From the IMG/VR virus record IMGVR_UViG_3300034283_002112, positions 1 through 57,072 of that record: a stretch of 57,072 bases of DNA; one strand, written 5' to 3'. This document shows positions 53,760 through 57,072 of the stretch, piece after piece (the first letter of the stretch is position 1; every line of letters starts with the position of its first letter). Source of the DNA: a virus (Duplodnaviria > Caudoviricetes). The position numbers and the translations under genes are program-made. Under the pieces are notes generated by a model. The model was given only the letters and a program-made list of their open reading frames with translations, had not been told where the DNA came from and ran no database searches.

Positions 53760-56700
53760 GTTTGATATTTTTTATTCAGGGAAGAAACCCAATTTGTTTG
53801 CTCATGAGCAGCAGGCAGATAGTATTGAGCATGCACAAAGTTTGAGTCGTACAAGATTCTTTTGGTGGGTGTCATACTTATGTGACTACACAGACTGGGA
53901 CTGGCTTTATGAGCCGCCGCCTTGGCAAGCTGACCAGAATCATGTGTGGCCTAGTCAATGGCATCAGTATTCGGGCACATATCTCGCACCCAAGACGCCA
54001 ACAGACCAGTGGAACTTCCATGAACAAGAAATAATAACAAAACATGTGCAAGAAAACTGGCGTGTGTTGTATCCTATCAATCATGCACAGTTTGATTTTT
54101 CATGGCACCCGCATCCCTTAGATCCACCGTACATTTACATATGGGGCAATCAACACTGGCCAGGGGAAAAAATGCCCACAGTAGAATATCGTGTTGAAGG
54201 TGCTACTGAACGCAAGTACATGGACTGGCCAGCCTCATTGTTGCCAACCGCTACTAACTGGACAACTCCTGCAGAGATTGATCCTGCCAGTGTTGATTAT
54301 TCATGGCGACCAGACCCACAAGATCCGCCGTACATCTACGAGTTTGCCACACAATGGCAGCCAAACGGTGGTGCTGTGTACACAGTGCCTGGTGCTACAG
54401 AACGCAAGTATATGGGCATTCAGCATCGCAGACTCAGTGATCCTGTTAACTGGACTGTTCCTGATCTAGTAGATGTCAACAGTGTAGACACATCATGGCA
54501 TCCAAGCAACACAGAACAGCCTTACATCTACGAGTTTGCCACACAATGGCAACCCAATGGTGGTGCTGTGTACACGGTGCCTGGTGCTACAGAACACAAG
54601 TATGTGGGCATTCAGCATCGCAGACTGCCCAATAAAGCTGCCTGGAAATTTTTAAACGCCATTGCTAGTTTTGATTACTCGTGGCATCCTGACAACACTG
54701 AGCCAGCCTACAACTATGTGTTTGGTAATCAACATTGGCCGGCTACAGAAATGCCCACTATTGTTTACGAAATGCCAGACGCTGTATCAGACAAGTTTGT
54801 GGATGTACTAGTTGCACGCCTGTGGGGTTGCATGGGCAACTGGGAGTTGTGCGAAGACATTGATGATGCTGCCTGGGATTGGTCATGGGTGCCTAATCCC
54901 AATGATCCTCCTTATAACTATGTGTGGGGCAATCAATGGAATTCTCCTGAGCTCAAAGCCAGCTTGCGGTATCATGTCAAGGGTGCAACAGAATTCAAAT
55001 ACATGGATCAGCGCACATGCAGACTACCACAACCGGAATTGTTTACAAATCATTTGTCTGTGGCTGAGTTTGACTACAGCTGGGAACCTGATCCCACAGA
55101 TCCGCCAATGACTTATGTGTTTGGCAACCAGTGGAACACAGGCGTGCTCGAACCCACAGTGACTTATACCACAGGTGGAACAGAAACCAAGTATGTAGAC
55201 AACATTGTTGCCAAGATTGCGCCAGACAAAACTAAATGGGAATTATTAGATGACATTGAAGAATTTGATTACAGTTGGAGGCCTGATCCTACTGATCCTC
55301 CTTATATCTATGTGTTTGGTAACCAGTGGCTTGCTCCTGAACAGCGACCTGCTGTCCAATATCATGTACCTGCCGCTGATGAAATAAAATACATGAATTA
55401 TCCTCGTGCAAAACGCCGAGGAGATCCTGAACGTTTTGAACAATTATATCCTTGCGAGTTTGATTGGTCATGGGAACCTGAACCAGGGAGCCCTCCTTAC
55501 ATTTATGTGTTTGGCAATCAATACTACTCAGCAGAAGTCATGCCCACATTGACACTGACTGTGCCTGGTGCAACAGAACGCAAGTACATGGACATAGCCG
55601 CAAAATTGCTGCCGCGACATGACAATCATTGGCACACGTTGGTAGACTGTGAATGGGATTATACCTGGAGGCCAGAACCAGGCAGCCCGCCTTACATCTA
55701 TGTGTTTGGCAACCAATGGTGGTCAGCTGAAAAGATGCCCACGGTAGAGTATCACATGCCTGGTGCAACAGAACGCAAGTACATGGATATCAATGCAGAG
55801 TTGTTGGTAGACATGACATATTGGCACATTCCTGAATATGTAGACGTCACGGACATGAACTTCAGTTGGGTTCCTGATCCTGGCGAACCCTCTTACATCT
55901 ATCAGTTTGCCACACAACATCAAAAGACAGGTGGCCCACAATATCGCATGCCCGGAGCAACAGAGTTTAAGTATGTGGACATGATGCGAGCAGAAGTTAA
56001 ACGAGAGGCCGCACCCATATTTGAAATTGACCACCTGGACGGTGCTGCAGGACAGATTCCTGACACAGTCAAGAAGGTGCGTTATTTTGACAACTATCGC
56101 GACACACTGATCCGACTGGCCAAGAGTCTAGTAGGTGAATATGAACATGTATGGGTATGCTCAAGTATCTGTGACTACACTGGCTTTGACTTTTCGTGGC
56201 ATCCAGAAACTTGGCAAAGCACAATGTTGCATGTATTCCCCAGCAATGATCAAAAATTTGGAGACACATTCTACATGCATGTGCCTACCTTTGCAGAACG
56301 TGCAGAAAAGAAACAGTTGTTGGAATGGTATTCAGTAAACTATGTGTCACGTCGAAGTGTGCCCCGCAGACCTATGCCTGTGATTGAACACACCAATGAC
56401 ACACATGTTGACACAGTAAAAACCGCAGACTGGGCTGGACCCTTGGCACTATTCTCTACAAATGGTGTGCCCATCACCTTGCCCACTGTTCCACTTTGGC
56501 GCCAAGAACTCAAGACTATTGTGCCGCTGAGTGCAGGTGCCAGTGTTGTAATTGTGCCTCGAGTTGCTCGAGGCGATATCAAGACACAGATGTATGACTA
56601 TCCACACATTGATAAGACACAGAAAAAACGTCATGGCGATAAATCACTGGACATTGTGTTTATTAGCAACGGAGAATACAGCGCCGAACAGAACTACGAT

Positions 56701-57072
56701 CATTTGCTAGACAGCACCTATAATAGAAACAATTGTGTTCGTAGAATTGATGGCGTTAATGGTCGCGTGGCAGCGTATCATGCCGCTGCCCGAGCATCAA
56801 CTACACCTTGGTTCTTTGCAGTATTTGCTAAACTACATGTTAACATGAACTTTGATTGGACCTGGCAACCTGACCGCATGCAGCAGCCCAAACACTACAT
56901 CTTCCATGCAGAAAATCCAGTGAATGGATTGGTATATGGTCACCAGGCTATGATTGCCTACAACCGAGACTTGGTGCTGTCTAACACAGGGCACGGGTTA
57001 GATTTTACATTGGATTCGGCGCACGAAGTAGTTCCTTTGCACTCAGGTATCGCATATTATGCTGACACACCG
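53758..57072 (+). CDS. Large Trp/Tyr/Pro-rich repeat protein with a C-terminal GT-A-like domain (runs off the window edge)
   Basis: Absent from the ORF track because it has no stop in the window. Manual translation from ATG 53758 (MFDIFYSGKKP...) is open for 1105 codons. The C-terminal LDIVFISNGE...RRIDGVNGRVAAYHAAA...NPVNGLVYGH aligns with ORF 36074. Confidence 0.9.
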   Translation, partial: MFDIFYSGKKPNLFAHEQQADSIEHAQSLSRTRFFWWVSYLCDYTDWDWLYEPPPWQADQNHVWPSQWHQYSGTYLAPKTPTDQWNFHEQEIITKHVQENWRVLYPINHAQFDFSWHPHPLDPPYIYIWGNQHWPGEKMPTVEYRVEGATERKYMDWPASLLPTATNWTTPAEIDPASVDYSWRPDPQDPPYIYEFATQWQPNGGAVYTVPGATERKYMGIQHRRLSDPVNWTVPDLVDVNSVDTSWHPSNTEQPYIYEFATQWQPNGGAVYTVPGATEHKYVGIQHRRLPNKAAWKFLNAIASFDYSWHPDNTEPAYNYVFGNQHWPATEMPTIVYEMPDAVSDKFVDVLVARLWGCMGNWELCEDIDDAAWDWSWVPNPNDPPYNYVWGNQWNSPELKASLRYHVKGATEFKYMDQRTCRLPQPELFTNHLSVAEFDYSWEPDPTDPPMTYVFGNQWNTGVLEPTVTYTTGGTETKYVDNIVAKIAPDKTKWELLDDIEEFDYSWRPDPTDPPYIYVFGNQWLAPEQRPAVQYHVPAADEIKYMNYPRAKRRGDPERFEQLYPCEFDWSWEPEPGSPPYIYVFGNQYYSAEVMPTLTLTVPGATERKYMDIAAKLLPRHDNHWHTLVDCEWDYTWRPEPGSPPYIYVFGNQWWSAEKMPTVEYHMPGATERKYMDINAELLVDMTYWHIPEYVDVTDMNFSWVPDPGEPSYIYQFATQHQKTGGPQYRMPGATEFKYVDMMRAEVKREAAPIFEIDHLDGAAGQIPDTVKKVRYFDNYRDTLIRLAKSLVGEYEHVWVCSSICDYTGFDFSWHPETWQSTMLHVFPSNDQKFGDTFYMHVPTFAERAEKKQLLEWYSVNYVSRRSVPRRPMPVIEHTNDTHVDTVKTADWAGPLALFSTNGVPITLPTVPLWRQELKTIVPLSAGASVVIVPRVARGDIKTQMYDYPHIDKTQKKRHGDKSLDIVFISNGEYSAEQNYDHLLDSTYNRNNCVRRIDGVNGRVAAYHAAARASTTPWFFAVFAKLHVNMNFDWTWQPDRMQQPKHYIFHAENPVNGLVYGHQAMIAYNRDLVLSNTGHGLDFTLDSAHEVVPLHSGIAYYADTP
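54058..55990 (+). repeat. Ten tandem ~62-68-aa repeats (W...FDYSWxPDPxDPPYIYVFGNQW...GATERKYMD)
   Basis: (S/T)WxP cores at about 54100, 54301, 54493, 54679, 54883, 55078, 55273, 55468, 55663 and 55864. Units 2 and 3 are near-identical in DNA, with a 192-nt period. Confidence 0.9.

Noticed and set aside
54058-55990. Repeats considered as a CRISPR array or a DGR template/variable repeat pair
   Set aside because: The units are in-frame protein repeats with mostly synonymous differences. There is no constant repeat-spacer structure, no adenine-specific mismatch pattern and no reverse transcriptase in the window.
53878-56634. Many short ORFs on both strands listed by the track in the last 3 kb
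   Set aside because: All lie within the single open plus-strand frame 53758-57072 and have no independent support.
1-57072. Possible stop-codon reassignment, since none of the intact genes I called ends in TAG
   Set aside because: Long genes, including the 14.6-kb one, are uninterrupted under the standard code and contain no in-frame TAG. TGA and TAA act as stops at coupled junctions. There is no positive evidence of recoding.

Overview
This is a segment of a large T4-related (myovirus-type, probably jumbo) bacteriophage genome read in the standard genetic code. It has three parts. (1) Minus strand, 1-2085: a T4 gp55-like late sigma factor and a gp47/SbcD-like nuclease, with a deleted radical-SAM gene remnant between them. 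(2) Plus strand, 2161-33846: a late structural region with TAAATA promoters. It contains a Gln/Tyr-rich low-complexity protein, baseplate and tail genes (tube-initiator-like, gp53-like, hub, gp5-like spike, gp25, gp6), a 4860-aa virion protein with seven FG-GAP-like blades, and tail fibres, and it ends at an intrinsic terminator. (3) 33902 to the window end: a tightly coupled enzyme island of more than 23 kb. It holds seven radical-SAM proteins with N-terminal twitch/SPASM-type Fe-S domains, about six glycosyltransferase-like proteins, an SGNH-type esterase, a NodU/TobZ-family carbamoyltransferase preceded by an unannotated 33-aa PFIY peptide, an amidinotransferase, and a >1100-aa Trp/Tyr/Pro-rich repeat protein fused to an apparently inactive glycosyltransferase-like domain. 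This island is the best candidate for an undescribed system. My inference is a phage-encoded glycan-building and tailoring pathway, possibly acting on virion proteins. All family assignments come from motifs recognised by eye; no database searches were run. I saw no tRNA, rRNA, CRISPR array or transposase.
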